From Octopus vulgaris (lineage: Eukaryota), in assembly GCA_951406725.2 (NCBI GenBank), contig OX597825.1:69192001-69256000 (forward strand): a stretch of 64,000 nt of DNA, given 5' to 3'. Within the stretch, counting starts at the first letter, position 1. Every line of letters begins with the position of its first letter. The translations under genes and the position numbers were made by a program. Under the pieces are notes generated by a model. That model was not told the origin of the DNA. It saw only the letters and a list, made by a program, of their open reading frames with translations, and did not search any database. Positions 27,943-42,724 of this stretch are shown in pieces.

Positions 27943-28030
<88 letters not shown>

Positions 28031-28034
<4 letters not shown>

Positions 28035-28220
28035 AGAATTTACAAAAAAACAAAAGACGAAGACATGTGGTGTAGACAACAAACAGATGTATTAGTATAA
28101 CGCTCGAGAATTGAAAAAGTATTTAACGTTTCGAGCCTACGCTCTTCCACAGAAAGGAACACAGAAAGAAACAAGGAGAGAAAATAAAGAATGTGTAGTG
28201 GCTAGTGATCTATCATGGTG
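28031..28220 (-). mobile_element. ~190 bp (TA)n-anchored element with A6U hammerhead variant (28121-28156)
   Basis: Minus: CTTT CTGTGGA A GAGC GTAG GCTC GAAA CG TT AAAT; other copies at 19091-19260 (-, internally deleted) and 31820-31996 (+). Confidence 0.75.
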
Positions 28221-29439
28221 ATATATGCATGTATACATACATATATATGCATGTGTATGTGTATGTGTTGTGTTTGAGTCGGTGTTTGTTCCCCACCGGT
28301 GGTTGTGTGTTTAGGTCACTGTAACTTAGCGGTTCAACAAAAAATACCGATAAAATAAATACCAAGCTCGGAAAGAAATAAGTAGAGGGTTTGATTGTTT
28401 CGACTAAAATTCATGTCGGTACCCAAGCATGAGCGCAGTCAAATGAGTGAAGCCGATAAAAAATAAAAATATATCTTTGTGCAAATTAATCAACAAAGGG
28501 GACGTGAAGCGAACTTCAACTAACCCGCGAAATTCAAAACTAGCCAATTTAAACGATAACCGGTGTCTAGAAGCTGGATACGAGGTCCAGTACTGTGTTA
28601 TCGTATAGGAACACTCCGTCGGTTACGATGACGAGGGTCCCAACTGATACGATCAACAGAACAGGTCGTTCGGGAAATTAATGTACAAGTGGCTGAGCAC
28701 TCCACAGACACGTGTACCCTTAACATAGAGTGTGACAAGGCTGGTCCCTTTGAAATAAAGGTACTACTCATTTTTACCTGAATGTACTGGAGCAACGCGA
28801 AACAAAGTGTCTTGCTCAAGGACGCAACGCGTCGCCAGGATTTGAACTCACAAATTTACGATCGTGAGCGGCATGCCCTAACCACTAAGCCACGCGCCTT
28901 CACATGATCGTATAACTGGTTGGAAGTTACAGTCTTCTAGCTGTCATAAGTGCTTATTACGTAAGATGTTGAGGAGTAGATGCTTATGATCATAATGTAA
29001 TCTTCACTGTGACACATGCGTATCAAGGCCGCCGACTTTGGTTTACAGCTAGAGTTCAATTAGCTTCATAATCTCAGGGGGCCGGGCCGAGTATTCCGTA
29101 AACTTCGTAAGCACTTTTAACGTCAAAACACTGATACCGTTAAATAAAAAAATGTGGAACTGTGTGCAAGCGGCAAGGTTGATTTCTCTTGAGTTACAGA
29201 TGCAGACTATTTGTCTGTCTGTCTGTCTATCTGTCTGTCTGTCTGTCTATCTGTCTGTCTGTCTGTATTTTTGTCTGTCTGTCTGTCTTTGTCTCTCATG
29301 TTCCTGATCATTTCAAGTATCTAGGCAGATGATCGGGAAGGTGAATGTTGAATAGCTAAATATGTAGTTCTAGCTGTCATAAGCATAAGTAACTCTTGAC
29401 TTTCAGCATTGAATATCCTTTTGATCTCTTTAATTTTAC

Positions 29440-29441
29440 CT

Positions 29442-29472
<31 letters not shown>

Positions 29473-29866
29473 TACACAAATACACTCACACACACACTCA
29501 CACACACATACACACACACACTCACACATACACTCACACTAACACACAGACACTCACGCACACACAGACACACACAGACACTCACACACACACTCACACA
29601 CACACACATACACACATACACTCACATACACTTACACTCACACACACATGCACACACACAGACACTCACACACACATATACACACACACACAGACACTCA
29701 CACACACACATACACACACATAGAGACACACATACACACACAGATACTCACACTTACACACACAGACACTCATACACACACACATACACACACACAGACA
29801 CACACACTCACACACACACAGACACACACACACAAAGACACTCACACACACACACAGACACAGAGA

Positions 29867-29915
<49 letters not shown>

Positions 29916-29920
29916 AAACA
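29440..29920 (+). repeat. Degenerate (CA)n microsatellite
   Basis: Direct reading. Confidence 0.95.
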
Positions 29921-30148
29921 AACAAAGTTGGCGGCCTTGATACGCGTGTTTTAAAAGTTTAGTATTAGGTATTAGGCAAAAACTTGACAAACGAAGTGTA
30001 CGATAAAGAACAATACGCTAAAAGAAAGACGGCATCGATAATCTGATTTTCCGTGTGATATACGCTATCAAAGCAACGAAGAAAGAATTAACAGACAAGA
30101 GAAAGAGAACCGTACTATACCAATGATGTCCGTATGTTTTTATATGTA

Positions 30149-30376
30149 TCTCTTTTACTCTTTTACTCTTTTACTTGTTTCAGTCATTTGACTGCGGCCA
30201 TGCTGGAGCACCGCCTTTAATCGAGCAACTCGACCCCGGGACTTATTCTTTTGTAATCCCAGTACTTATTCTATCGGTCTCTTTTGCCGAACCGCTAAGT
30301 AACGGGGACATAAACACACCAGCATCGGTTGTCAAGCAGTGCTAGGGGAACAAACACAGACACACAAACACACACA

Positions 30377-30418
<42 letters not shown>

Positions 30419-30589
30419 TATATACGACGGGCTTCTTTTCAGTTTCCGTCTACCAAATCCACTCACAAGGCTTTGGTCGGCCCGAGGCTATAGTAGAAGA
30501 CACTTGCCCAAGGTGCCACGCAGTGGGACTGAACCCGGAACCATCTGGTTGGTAAACAAGCTACTTACCCCACAGCCATTCCTCTGCCT
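30149..30589 (-). mobile_element. SINE family A
   Basis: Full-length reverse copy. Confidence 0.9.
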
Positions 30590-30829
30590 ATGAGTATAAA
30601 ATTAAATTGCATCTGGTGGTGAGGCTCTTGTCCGGGAGTTCTGATGTAGCGGAGTGTGAAGTCATCCCTTAACAACAATCACTCCCAGGTGCACCCTGGC
30701 TCGGAATGGTAGCACCTGTCAGTATCCCATCTATGGGTTGAATAAATTTCTCTGGGTTACAGGCGGCATCCGTTATTCTTGTTATTCTTGACAAAGCAGT
30801 GGGGAAGGAAGCTCTTCTAGATGGATTTG

Positions 30830-31143
30830 TTTTACTTATGCGCCCTTTTCAAGCCTAACCAAGCTCATGGGCCCGGTTTCCCGGTTTCTGTGGCGTATGT
30901 GTTCCCACAAGCTGGACGGGACGCCAGTCCATCGCAGCATCACTAAAGAAACAGGAAGAGAGAATGAGAGAAAGTTGTGGCGAAAGAGTACAACAGGGGT
31001 CGCCACCACCCCCTGCCGGAGCCTCGTGGAGCTTTTAAGTGTTTTTGCTCAATAAACACACACAACGCCCGGTCTGGGAATCGAAACCGCGATCCTCCGA
31101 ACGCGAGTACGCTGCCCTAACCACTGGGCCAGTGCGCCTCCAC
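30830..31143 (-). mobile_element. SINE family C head with third tail type
   Basis: GATGGACTGGCGTCCCGTCCAG..GGGCCCATGAG tail shared with 14612-14860 (+); related copies 26975-27275 (+) and 44507-44805 (-). Confidence 0.8.
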
Positions 31144-31819
31144 AGATGGAAAATACTCTGACATTAAAATTGTAGTCAAAATAATACCAGTCATCTTGCT
31201 ATGTTTGTCAATTGAAACTACCATGGCGATCCAGAAAGTGGCAAAAGCGTTTCACATGAGTTTGACGCTTAAATTCCAAGACGAACAGATGTCTGATTCA
31301 TTTCATTTCTTGGTCCACTGATTTCCTGTATAGGAAATCAACAATCAGGCTGAATGTGAGACGGCTATCATTCGGAAGAATATGAAGCAATCACCATTCA
31401 TCATGTCTGTATGTATTGATGTGTCTATGTGTGTATGTATGTATGTATGTATGTATGTATGTGTGTATGTATGTATGTATTTTATCATTCAGTTTTATTT
31501 CAAGATTTCTTGCCAATAAAGAACGAGCTAGTTTGTAACCTACATCCAAGTCCCCTTCATAGGAATTTCATCAACAAGGTATTTGTGCATGTTAATGTAT
31601 ATGTGTGCAGCATTTGGAGTCAGTGCATGTGCAGATTTGTAGTTTTGTCATATATATATAAATTTTTTCATGCACATAGTTGCATGTCTAGGCATGCCCA
31701 TATATAGTTAAATCCGAAACTTCTGGAACTTAACATTTTTTTTACAATTCCATTGATGGCTTGAATCTGCATGTATGTATGTATGCACATATGTAAATGT
31801 GTGCATGCATGCGTGCATA

Positions 31820-31994
31820 TATATTTTTTTCTTCTCCTATTTTTCCTCTCCTATTTTTTCTCTCCTTGTTTTTTTTTTCTGTGTCCCTTTCTGTAGCAGA
31901 GCGTAGGCTCGAAACGTAAAAGACTTTTTCTATTCCTGAGCCTTTGTTTTGTACACCACCTGTCTTCGTCGTTTGTTTTTTTCGTGAACTCTTC

Positions 31995-31996
<2 letters not shown>
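31820..31996 (+). mobile_element. Same family; hammerhead-like fold at 31887-31922
   Basis: CTTT CTGTAGC A GAGC GTAG GCTC GAAA CG TA AAAG; followed directly by (TA)n. Confidence 0.72.
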
Positions 31997-32028
<32 letters not shown>

Positions 32029-32595
32029 TTATTATGACATTTGCATATTATTTATTCAGTAGTTTTACGTTAATTGCTACCTGTATCTTCAATATCAAAA
32101 CTATTAGGAAAGTCGACAGCTTACTGAGCTAATAATACCTGTCTATTACTATGGCTTATTTTACCGAAACCTAAATGAAGGCAGCCACTTGAAATCCAGC
32201 GATGTTTTAAAACCGAACATGAAGGCAAAAACTGAACAAAAAAATAGGCAATGAATTTTATGGAACACTTTATCTTTTTGCTACTTTGAGGGGTTAAACT
32301 AACAAAGCATTAGTTTCTTGCTTGGTCAAGGTCTGTTCTTGAAAGAGAAAGGTCCGAGTGAATTCCGTACACATCTGCACATGACAATGTTATTATTCTA
32401 CCGTGTTTAAATCCTATGTGGTCATCGCTGGAAACTCGAAAATCAAATACAGCGACTTCCAAGTGGAATTGCACAAGTCATCGTTAAGCACTTAAAGAAG
32501 AACTTGCCGCTCTGCATTTCTTTTATATTTCTATGAGTTCCTGGTCCTAAATCAAATAAATGTACAAAGAGAAGAGAAAAGCTTCAGCGAGCGTG

Positions 32596-32636
<41 letters not shown>

Positions 32637-32921
32637 CTGTGTACGTATGGTATTTGTATAGACATACAAACACATGCACAACCACACATACAATCACACA
32701 CACAGACACACATGTGCAATGTTCAGTTTCCTACTTATGTCATTGCGCCAAGTTTCGGTTTGCCTGGACATAGGTATATTATCTGTCTACCTACCAACCT
32801 ACCTACCTGCCTGCCTGTCTGCCTGTCTGCCTGTCTGCTTGCCTGTCTGTCTGTCTGTCTGCCTTTCTATCATTTTATCTGTTTCTGCTTTCTGTTCTGT
32901 CCATCTCATTAATTCGCCATC

Positions 32922-32969
<48 letters not shown>

Positions 32970-33440
32970 TCCTCGTTTTTTCCCTTTCTTTCTTTCTTTC
33001 TTTCTTTCCTTCCTTGTTTCTTTTTCTTTCTTTCTTTCTTTCTTTTTTTCTTTCTTTCTTTCTCTCTCTTTCTCTCTCTTTCTCTCAGATATATTTATTA
33101 GTCCGTCTATTATTTTGTCTGACTATCTGTCTGTCTCTCTGTCTCTCTGTCTTATTTTGTTCTTCCATTTTCTTATCTTGTCCATCTCGTTAACACCCGC
33201 TCTCATCTCTCTGAAATATGTTTATCAATTAGTCTGTCTGTCTTTCTATCTATCTGTCTCTCTTTTTGTCTCCTTATCCGTTTATCTATCTACTTATTGA
33301 AGTTTACGTATAATACTTCCCAAAGTCCCATCCGTATGTAAAAGAGAAACTTTGTGCCATAATTTCATTAACCGATATATAACCAAATTAATGGGGTAGT
33401 AATTTCCAGAAGTATGTATCTCATGTTATGTACAATTTCC

Positions 33441-33845
33441 GGATCTTTTCGGTTTGAACGGCAGTTTTTTCTAGCGGTGTCATATGAAATTGTCACCCAT
33501 AATTATGACCCTAGAATCGATCTATTGCATTTCAATCTCTTTTAGGGTTAGGGTTAGGGTATCTTTTTTTCTTCACAAATGTAAATAAATCCAATCTGTT
33601 TCTTAAACGAGGGACATATTCATACGGCACAGAATACTTTTTAACTCAATAGACGTCACTGATTGGTTGAAATTGCAGAAATTTAAGAAAAAAAAAACAA
33701 AAAATATCTTACAAACTATAGAATTTTCTCAATAAAGCCAAGAGAAAAAGATGTTTTATAAACACATTCTACCAGATACAAAGTTTAAACTTTTTTAGTT
33801 ACCTAGAAATTATGTTAAAAACTGCCGTTCAAACCGATAAGATCC
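33441..33845 (+). mobile_element. MITE with ~28 bp TIR, 8 bp TSD and internal (TTAGGG)3
   Basis: TIR GGATCTTTTCGGTTTGAACGGCAGTTTT; TSD CAATTTCC at 33433-33440 and 33846-33853. Confidence 0.9.
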
Positions 33846-34772
33846 CAATTTCCTCACCATTAACCGGAAAGATGAACAAGTACAGTTCCAGCAAACCGGA
33901 AGGAATCTAATGGTGGTTATGGTAACTTTTCTTCATTTGCATTTGCCTTCGTTGCGATCACTCGTCTTGATGTCTTAGCTACATATTTTAGCTGTAGTTT
34001 CTATTCTCGGTTTCTTTATTAGCCACAAGGGCCCAAACATAGAGGGGGACAAACAAGGAACAGACAGGACACCACAGAGGGGACAATACATAGAACGAAT
34101 ATGATGAGATGATTATACAATAATGGGGTTATGAATGGCTGCATGCGCCCCTCATCACATGCATTACCATTAATATTTTTAAACTGTCCGTTTTTATCAT
34201 GTGATTACATAACATTTAATTATCGTCTACCATTACAATTATTTGAACCGTTATATACGTTCTCTAAAAATGTTCTTCTATTTTTCCGATATTATTAAAC
34301 ATAACATAAAACACTTACTCTTTCTTTTCCCCATTTTTTCCTCATTTTTCTTTTTTTCCTGTCGATTTGACATACTTATTTACTTTTTAGTAATATTTCA
34401 TTAGTGGTTGAATTTCGACTAAATCCACTACTGGTGGCAATTCTTTGAATTCCACCATTTTAGCTGTAGTTTCTACTCTCAAAGCAAGCATACCTTTGTG
34501 GTTGTTGTGTCGACGCCCCCAGACGACGAAGAAGACTAGCCCAATACGTAGATACAGAGGGAAAAGTCTACACGTCGAGAGAAGTGTAGACTAGAACAGA
34601 GTAGGTTGAATAGTAGAGGCATCCGAACGTGCGACATAACAGTGGTTAAGTAGTTCGCTCAGCAACCATGTGGTTTTGCGTTCAATCCCACTGGGCGGCA
34701 CCTTGGCCAGGTGTCTTATACACAATTAATGAGATATTTCTCGTTACACTATGCCAGAATAACAATAGACTG

Positions 34773-35198
34773 GGATCTTTTCGGTTTGAACGGCAGTTCT
34801 TAACATAATTTCTAGGTAACTAAAAAAATTTAAACTTCGTATATTGTTAGAATGTGTTTATAAAACATCTTTTTCTCTTGGCTTTATTGAGAAAATTCTA
34901 TAGTTTGTAAGATATTTGTAGTTTTTTTCTTCAATTTCAGCAATTTCAACAAATCAATTACGTCCATTGAGGCAAACAACATTCTGTGCCGTATGAATAT
35001 GTCTCTCGTTTAAGAAACAGATTGGGTTTATTTACATTTCTGAAGAAAAAAAAGATACCCTTCCCCCTATCCCTAACCCTAACCCTAACTAACCCTAAAA
35101 TAGCTTGAAATGCAATAGATCGATACTAGGGTCATAATTATGGGTGACGATTTCATATGACACCGCTAGAAAAACTGCCGTTCAAACCGAAAAGATAC
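34773..35198 (-). mobile_element. Second copy of the same MITE, opposite orientation
   Basis: Same TIR; TSD ATAGACTG/ATAGAATG; internal (CCCTAA)n at ~35071-35098. Confidence 0.9.
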
Positions 35199-35800
35199 AT
35201 AGAATGATTATTGCTAGAATAACTTTGAGTTACGCAAATCTGACTGTAATGATGCTGTTAAATGATGGGCCGTGAGAAATAACAACCAAATATCTTTAAA
35301 ATTAGGTTCTACTATAATTGAAATGTTTTCAGTTTTGCTCTCACCAAATAAGGGCCAACGTAACCCTAAATTTCAATAACAACAACAATAGGGGTAGTAT
35401 GATTGTATGCACAAAACAGAAGTTTTAAAAAGATGCAAAAATCGATATAGTGCATCGTATTAAGATACGTTCGATACATTATCAACTAAAATTGATTAAA
35501 TGCTAATAAAAATCCATTGAAGATTCGAATTGATATATCGCATGTTATGAATTTGAGACGGTCAGATAAATAAACTGTAACATACCTACCTACCTACCTA
35601 CCTACCAACATACCTACGTACATGTATACATACATACATACATACATATATTCATAGATACGGACACATATATACATATGTGTGTGTATATATATTCATA
35701 TGTATATATAACTATGTATAGATATGTATGTATATGTATATATATATATAAGTATAGATATGTATGCATATATATCTATTTCTATATATATATATATATG

Positions 35801-35842
<42 letters not shown>

Positions 35843-36085
35843 ATATCATAAATCTGTGTATGCGTCTGTTTATATACGTAGATCGTTAGTTAGACAATGA
35901 GACATAGACAGACACAGAGATACAGAGAGGGACATAGAAGCAGACAACTGAATAGATATTCGGATAGATTAAATTTTTAATAGACATAAAAACTGTGGAT
36001 AGGAATGTTAGAAATAGCAGATTTTCATTAGCAAGTCTCAAGATATATTAAATACAATGCGCTGTGTCCGCTTTGAGAGAAGGGC

Positions 36086-36122
<37 letters not shown>

Positions 36123-36171
36123 GAGAAAGTGAGAGAGTTAATCTCTCAAATTACTATTGATATATATGTGT

Positions 36172-36223
<52 letters not shown>

Positions 36224-36227
36224 ATGC

Positions 36228-36289
<62 letters not shown>

Positions 36290-36406
36290 CATATATATAC
36301 ATATAAATATATATATGTATATATATATATACATATATATATATATACATATATATATGTATATATATATACATATATATATATTTATATATATACATAT
36401 ATATAC

Positions 36407-36456
<50 letters not shown>

Positions 36457-36500
36457 GTATATATACATATATATATATACATATATATACATATATATAC

Positions 36501-36553
<53 letters not shown>

Positions 36554-37152
36554 CATATATACACACACACGTCTGTTTGTATGTATATTGTCCCGAAGGA
36601 CATATTTGACTGCAGAATACTTTGTCAGCGATTAAAAATCACAAATATTATAATTATATTCCTATATTGAACAGACAGTTTTCATTAAATGCCAGACATT
36701 AAATGTACGTAATTCTATTCAACATATATCATACATTGTCATTCTTTTGTGTCCTTAATTTTCCGTTTGAAAATGTTCGTTTGTGGACGAGTATTTGCGA
36801 AGTGTTTCTGTTATTCTGAATTACATAATTTTGTTAATTATGTGTTAACACCACTGATAGAGTTAAGGCAAATATTAACCAGGACTTTGGGATCAGAGCC
36901 TAATTTAATTATAGTCTGCTGTTGCATTTAATCGGACAGTCTTGCTTGAAACAATTGAATTGGATGGTCGCACTTTAAGATGCAGTAAATTTAGTAGACA
37001 TGACTTGCAGCTATCACTTTCCATATATAAATATATATAGGAGTAATATGTATGTATGTAGGTATGTTGTAAGTCTATTTGTATGTAAGTATACTGCTTG
37101 TATATATGTTTGTATGTATGAACAAAGATACGTATGTATGAATGTATGAATG

Positions 37153-37333
<181 letters not shown>

Positions 37334-37566
37334 GTATATACTCTTTTACTTGGTTCATAAATTTGATTGTGGCCATGCTGTAGCACCGCCTTTAGTCGAG
37401 CAAATCGACCCCAGGTCTTATTCTTTGTAAGCCCAGTACTTATTCTATCGGTCTCTTTTGCCGAACCGCTAAGTTACGGGGACGTAAACCACCAGCATCG
37501 GCTGTCAAGCAATGTTGGGGTGACAAACACAGACACACAAACATACATACACACACACACACACAT

Positions 37567-37599
<33 letters not shown>

Positions 37600-37677
37600 C
37601 AAACTTGCACGCGTGCGCACACACACATACACACACACACAATACGTAAATTTCTTCCTAAGTGCGCGACATTCTGT

Positions 37678-38125
37678 TTTTCAAAGAAATATTTAAAAAA
37701 TTTAAATTTAAATAGTTAATAACTTTTAAGAACAGTTCTTTATTATTAGTCAATTAATTAAATATCCAACTAACTAATCGACTGTTTGTTTATTTTGGTT
37801 GAACAGTAAGTCATTTGTTTTTGTTTGTCGTGGCCACACACGCGCCCTCAACAGGGCCTCAAGCATACGAACGCAGCCACCGTATCGGGCTAAGCCAAAA
37901 GTCACAGAAAAGGTTACAAATTGCAACGAAAGAACTTTTGACAAACAAAAACAAAACAGATGACGTACTGTTGTACCAAATTAAACAACCAATCGATTAG
38001 TTTGTAAGATATTTAACCAACTGACTAATAATATAGAAGTAGAATTGAACCAGTGCGTCTATTATTATCATATTATCATAATGACTCTCCATAGACACAA
38101 CTTTTAAGAAAATATTTCTTGAAAT
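37678..38125. mobile_element. Old MITE-like imperfect inverted repeat
   Basis: TATTATTAGTCAATTAATTAAATATC..CTAATCGA (37741-) pairs with TCGATTAG..GATATTTAACCAACTGACTAATAATA (-38032); outer TTCAAAGAAATATTT/AAATATTTCTTGAA. Confidence 0.5.
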
Positions 38126-38286
38126 ATTGCGACTGTATCAAGTATTGTATTTGCAAAATTTTTTACATATATATATGATTGTGTGAGTGAGGATATGTAT
38201 GTATACGCATATTGTGTGTGTATATGTATGTATGTATGCATGTATGTATGTTTGCATGTATATATGTATGTATGTATGTTTGCATG

Positions 38287-38320
<34 letters not shown>

Positions 38321-38458
38321 TGTATGTATGTATGTATGTATGTATGTTTGTATGTATGTATGTATGTATGTATGCATGTATATATGTATGCATGTATGTA
38401 TTTATGTTTGCATGTATGTATGTATGTATATATGTATGCATGTATATATGTATGTATG

Positions 38459-38494
<36 letters not shown>

Positions 38495-38676
38495 TGTATG
38501 TATGAAAGTATATATTTATGTATGTATGTTTATATGTATGTATGTATGTATATATGTATGTATGTATGTGTATATGTATGTATGTATATTTGTATGTATG
38601 TATGTATATATGTATGTATGTATGTATGTTTATATATATGTATGTATGTATATATGTATGTATGTATGTATGAATG

Positions 38677-38710
<34 letters not shown>

Positions 38711-40074
38711 TGTATGTATAAATTCTGCTTCCAGGAGCTTTGCACACGGTTATTCGATCAAGCTATTCGCTTTGAATAATGTAAATCTGTTTCGTCTGTG
38801 CTGTACCATTTATATCAATTCACAAATTTTGTTATTTGTATTGTTTCTTGTAATTCTCATTAATAATTCTTACAGCCATAGTCAACAATTTCAATGAGGC
38901 AGTTGCTTGGACAAAATAAAAGGAGAGCTGCTGCTAAAAGTTTATTTTTGTCTAATGTTGTCCATGGTGAATGCAAGACACGTCGCTATGTCCTAAACTT
39001 TGAAAATACAAGTAGGCGACAGCTTATAGCGAAAATGAGTGGATGGAGTTAAGCTGATAAATGTCCAGTTACAGGCTCACTCATCAGGAGCTGATCTAAG
39101 GTTAAATAACTACAATTCTTTTTACAATAAGCACATGATCTGAAGCTTTTGGGTGGAGTGACTAGTCAATTACGTCGATTATATCGTTGCGGTGGTAATC
39201 ATTTTATTGACCCCGAAACGATGAAAGTCAATGCCAACCTCGGTGGAATGTGAATTCAGAACGTAAAGCTGGAAGAAATAACGCTAAGCATTTTGCCGGG
39301 CGTGCTAACGATTAAGTCAGCTTACCGGCATGGGTTAGAAAACAATAATTACAACATGGAGACACTCTCTAACTACGCGTACAGTTGTGTATGTTGAAGG
39401 TTCCAAATTCAAGAAATTTAAATTCGTAAATTAGGGGTTAAGGGTTAATCTCACCTTGATCTATACAATGATTTTGATCAGATACTTCAGTCAATTACTT
39501 TTGTTTCTCCTTAATATTAGAGATTCTGTCAGCCACCGCCATAGTACATCGGCGCACAAATTGGTGATAGGACAAATAGAGATGAATTAATAGAATGATA
39601 GGAAGATCAGTAAAATGGCGAAAGAATAACAGATTCATTTTAAGGTGATTGCACACCGGGCGAAATGCGTAGCCGTATTTCGTCTGCCGTTACCTTCTGA
39701 GTTCAAATTCCGCCGAGGTCGACTTTGCCTTTCATCCTTTCGGGGTCGATAAATTAAGTACCAGCTACGCGCTGGGGTCGATATATTCGACTTAATCCGT
39801 GTGTCTGTCCTTATTTGTCCCCTCTATGTTTAGCCCCTTGTGGGTGGTAAAGAAATAGGTATTTCGTCCGTTTTTAAATTCTGAGTTCAAATTCCGTCGA
39901 AATCAAACTTGCCTTTCATCCTCTCAGGGTCGATAGAATAAGTACCCGTTGAGTACTGGAGTCATTGTAATCGACTTACCGCTCCCCTGAAATTGCTGTC
40001 CTTGTGCCAACATTTGAAACGAATAACCTTTAGAAATGATTAAATATGCTCGTACGTGGATACTCAATCTGCTA

Positions 40075-40494
40075 GAAACAACCACATCCACTTAAATGCC
40101 ATCGTACTGAAATGATAAACGCGAAGGAAATCTTCGAGAATATATTTCGTTTTTGGAGTTGGCTTGCAAGATTCATTATATGAATTCGTGTGTTGAAGCA
40201 TATTCTGTTGTGTCTGGGGAGAGTCATTTTCTTTTTGTGCCTTATAATATAACACACTCATCGGTAAAATTTCCGCTTATTTCTTATTTTTCTTTTCCAA
40301 AAATTTTCGTTGCGTCTTGCAACCTTTTCAATAGTCTTGACTCTTGATAAGGTTGAAAGGACTCTTGAAAAGGTTGCAAGGCACAACCAAAATTTTAGGA
40401 AAATAAAAATAAGAAATAAGTGGAAATTTTACCTGTGCGTGTGTTACATTATAAGGCACAAAAAGAAAATGACTCTCCCCAGACACAACAGAAT
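40075..40494. mobile_element. Fold-back element with two U3-A8 hammerhead copies (40295-40336 -, about 40360-40400 +)
   Basis: ~130 bp inverted arms 40202-40336 / 40360-40494. Minus: CTA TTGAAAA G GTTGC AAGAC GCAAC GAAA ATTTT TGG. Plus copy has GAAA changed to CAAA. Confidence 0.7.
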
Positions 40495-41426
40495 TCGAGA
40501 ATATAGTTGTACGCTTAATAAAAATTAGGTATCAACATAGTTAAAACGCTTTTCAACATAGTTTCTTTTGATCTGGATTGATCTGACTCGAAACAACAAC
40601 AACAACAAGATAAATAACAGCAGATGCAACAAGAGATTATTCAACCTATTACTCAAGTTCCTCTTTCTTTTACATGTTTTCGTTTGTAACATTAAAAGAT
40701 ATCTATCGTAAATTTCCAGTGCAGTTCCCAGACAAAAAGTCAATGAAAGTTTTGTTTGAATTCCTACAAAAGATATCACACTGTGCGATAATCAATGCAC
40801 TTGTGAACCAGATAGAATGTATACTCTGATAGCTTCTGGACAATTCAATTCATAATTAATTTCGACTGTCTAAATTCAAGTCTATCTTACACAACGTTAA
40901 TGGAAATCTGTTCCAGTCAGATGTTCCAATCGATTTATATTACCATTTTTTTACGTTTTGCCTGGTGGATAACTTGGTGATAAAAGAATAAAATAGTAGC
41001 TACTATTTGTATTATTTTAAAATCACAATGGGGCGTCGTGGGTGTAGTGGCAGTGGCACAATCGTAAGAATATCGGACAAAAATCGCCTCATCGTGATTA
41101 GCTTTGGCTCTTTATGTGCTGAGTTCAAATCTCGTGGAGATCAATTTCACTTTCCTTCCTTCTGGGAAGATAAATGGTATACAAGTCAAATATTGGTAAT
41201 TCTTTTGAGCAAACTGCTGGCTTTTTAGCTCTTAGTTCTTTCAGACATTGAACTGCGGCTTTTAAGAATTCTAGTCGAATGAATCGACACCTGTATTTAA
41301 TATTTTAAAGACAGGTGCTTATTCTATCGGTCTCGTTTGCCGAACTGCTATGTTACAGGGGCATAATACACTACCACCTTTGTCAAGCCGTGGTGACACA
41401 TACACACATACACCCACATACATACA

Positions 41427-41490
<64 letters not shown>

Positions 41491-41755
41491 TATAAGTTTC
41501 TTTCAGTTTCCGTCTTCCAAATGCGCGAGGCATTGAGTGAAATTTGATCGCTGGAAACTACATGGAAGCTCATATTTCTCAGATACTATTACTATTCTTG
41601 GCTATCTGGTTTATCATTACCAACTGAGTTTGCACAATCTTGGGTATCTTTAGCCACGTCTATTTTGATGCAAGAATTTGAGGCAGATTTCCGGGTATTC
41701 ATTTCTTCATTTCATTTGTTTGTTATATATAGCTGTTTATTAAATAACGTTAACT

Positions 41756-42128
41756 TTTTACAAATGCATATTACACAATTGTACTGCCACATACATCGGA
41801 TCAACCATAAATTTTAAAGAACGATATGCCGCTCACCTAAATCTACAACACTCGCCAGTCACATATATCATCTAAAAATACAAATATACCCTATACTTTG
41901 TCATGGTCCATATTGGATTTAGGGTTTCCATACCAAAGTCAACGCTCAACCTGCAAGTTTTGCCTGAAGGAGGCACTTCATATATTGGAGCAGAAGTTTT
42001 CAACACCGCTAAATAAACATAATGAGGCCCTAAGCACATGCAACCACCACTTTTTTCACACATTCAAATTCTACCACAAATCCAAATGCCTAAACAACCA
42101 CGCAGTATATATCCACTATACTTCTTAG
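41756..42128 (+). pseudogene. Penelope-like element GIY-YIG endonuclease relic
   Basis: FYKCILHNCTATYIGSTINFKERYAAHL / KSTTLASHIYHLK / LSWSILDLGFPYQSQRSTCKFCLKEALHIL..PLNKHNEALSTCNH matches the PLE endonuclease pattern YIG.T..FK.R...H..sT.L...W.Il...Y....C..C..E...I...LN...E....C.H; two frameshifts. Confidence 0.85.
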
Positions 42129-42683
42129 GTAATCCCTAATAACCTTATAAATCTATTAACTCGTAATGCTTATCTAATTCCTCTTTCATACTTGAAGATC
42201 ACAATTTAATTAAGTACATATATGTACGTATCTATGTATTATGTATATATGCGTGGCATATGTGCATATACGTGCAGGTGTGATACACGTATGTATGAGT
42301 TTGTATATGTACGTGTGTGCATATGTATGTGTTATATATATATATATATGTATATGTGTATGTGTGTATGTATGTATCATATATGTATATACATATGTAT
42401 ATGTATATTTATATGCATATATGTGTATGTGTGTGTATGTAGGTGTATATGTATATTTTTGTGTATGTATATATGTACGTATATATGAACCTGCGTGTTT
42501 ATACGTGTGTATGTATACATATATGAACATGTAAGTGGGTACATGTAAATATTTATAGATATTTTAAATAAAGCACAGATTTGTATATAAGCATGTGTAG
42601 ATGTATGTGTGTATACACACATATACGTGTGTGGATATATATATGTAATCATGTGTATGTTTGGATATATATATATATGTATG

Positions 42684-42724
<41 letters not shown>

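Noticed and set aside
33542-33560. Telomere or chromosome fusion site
   Set aside because: Only 3-4 TTAGGG units, internal to a MITE present twice
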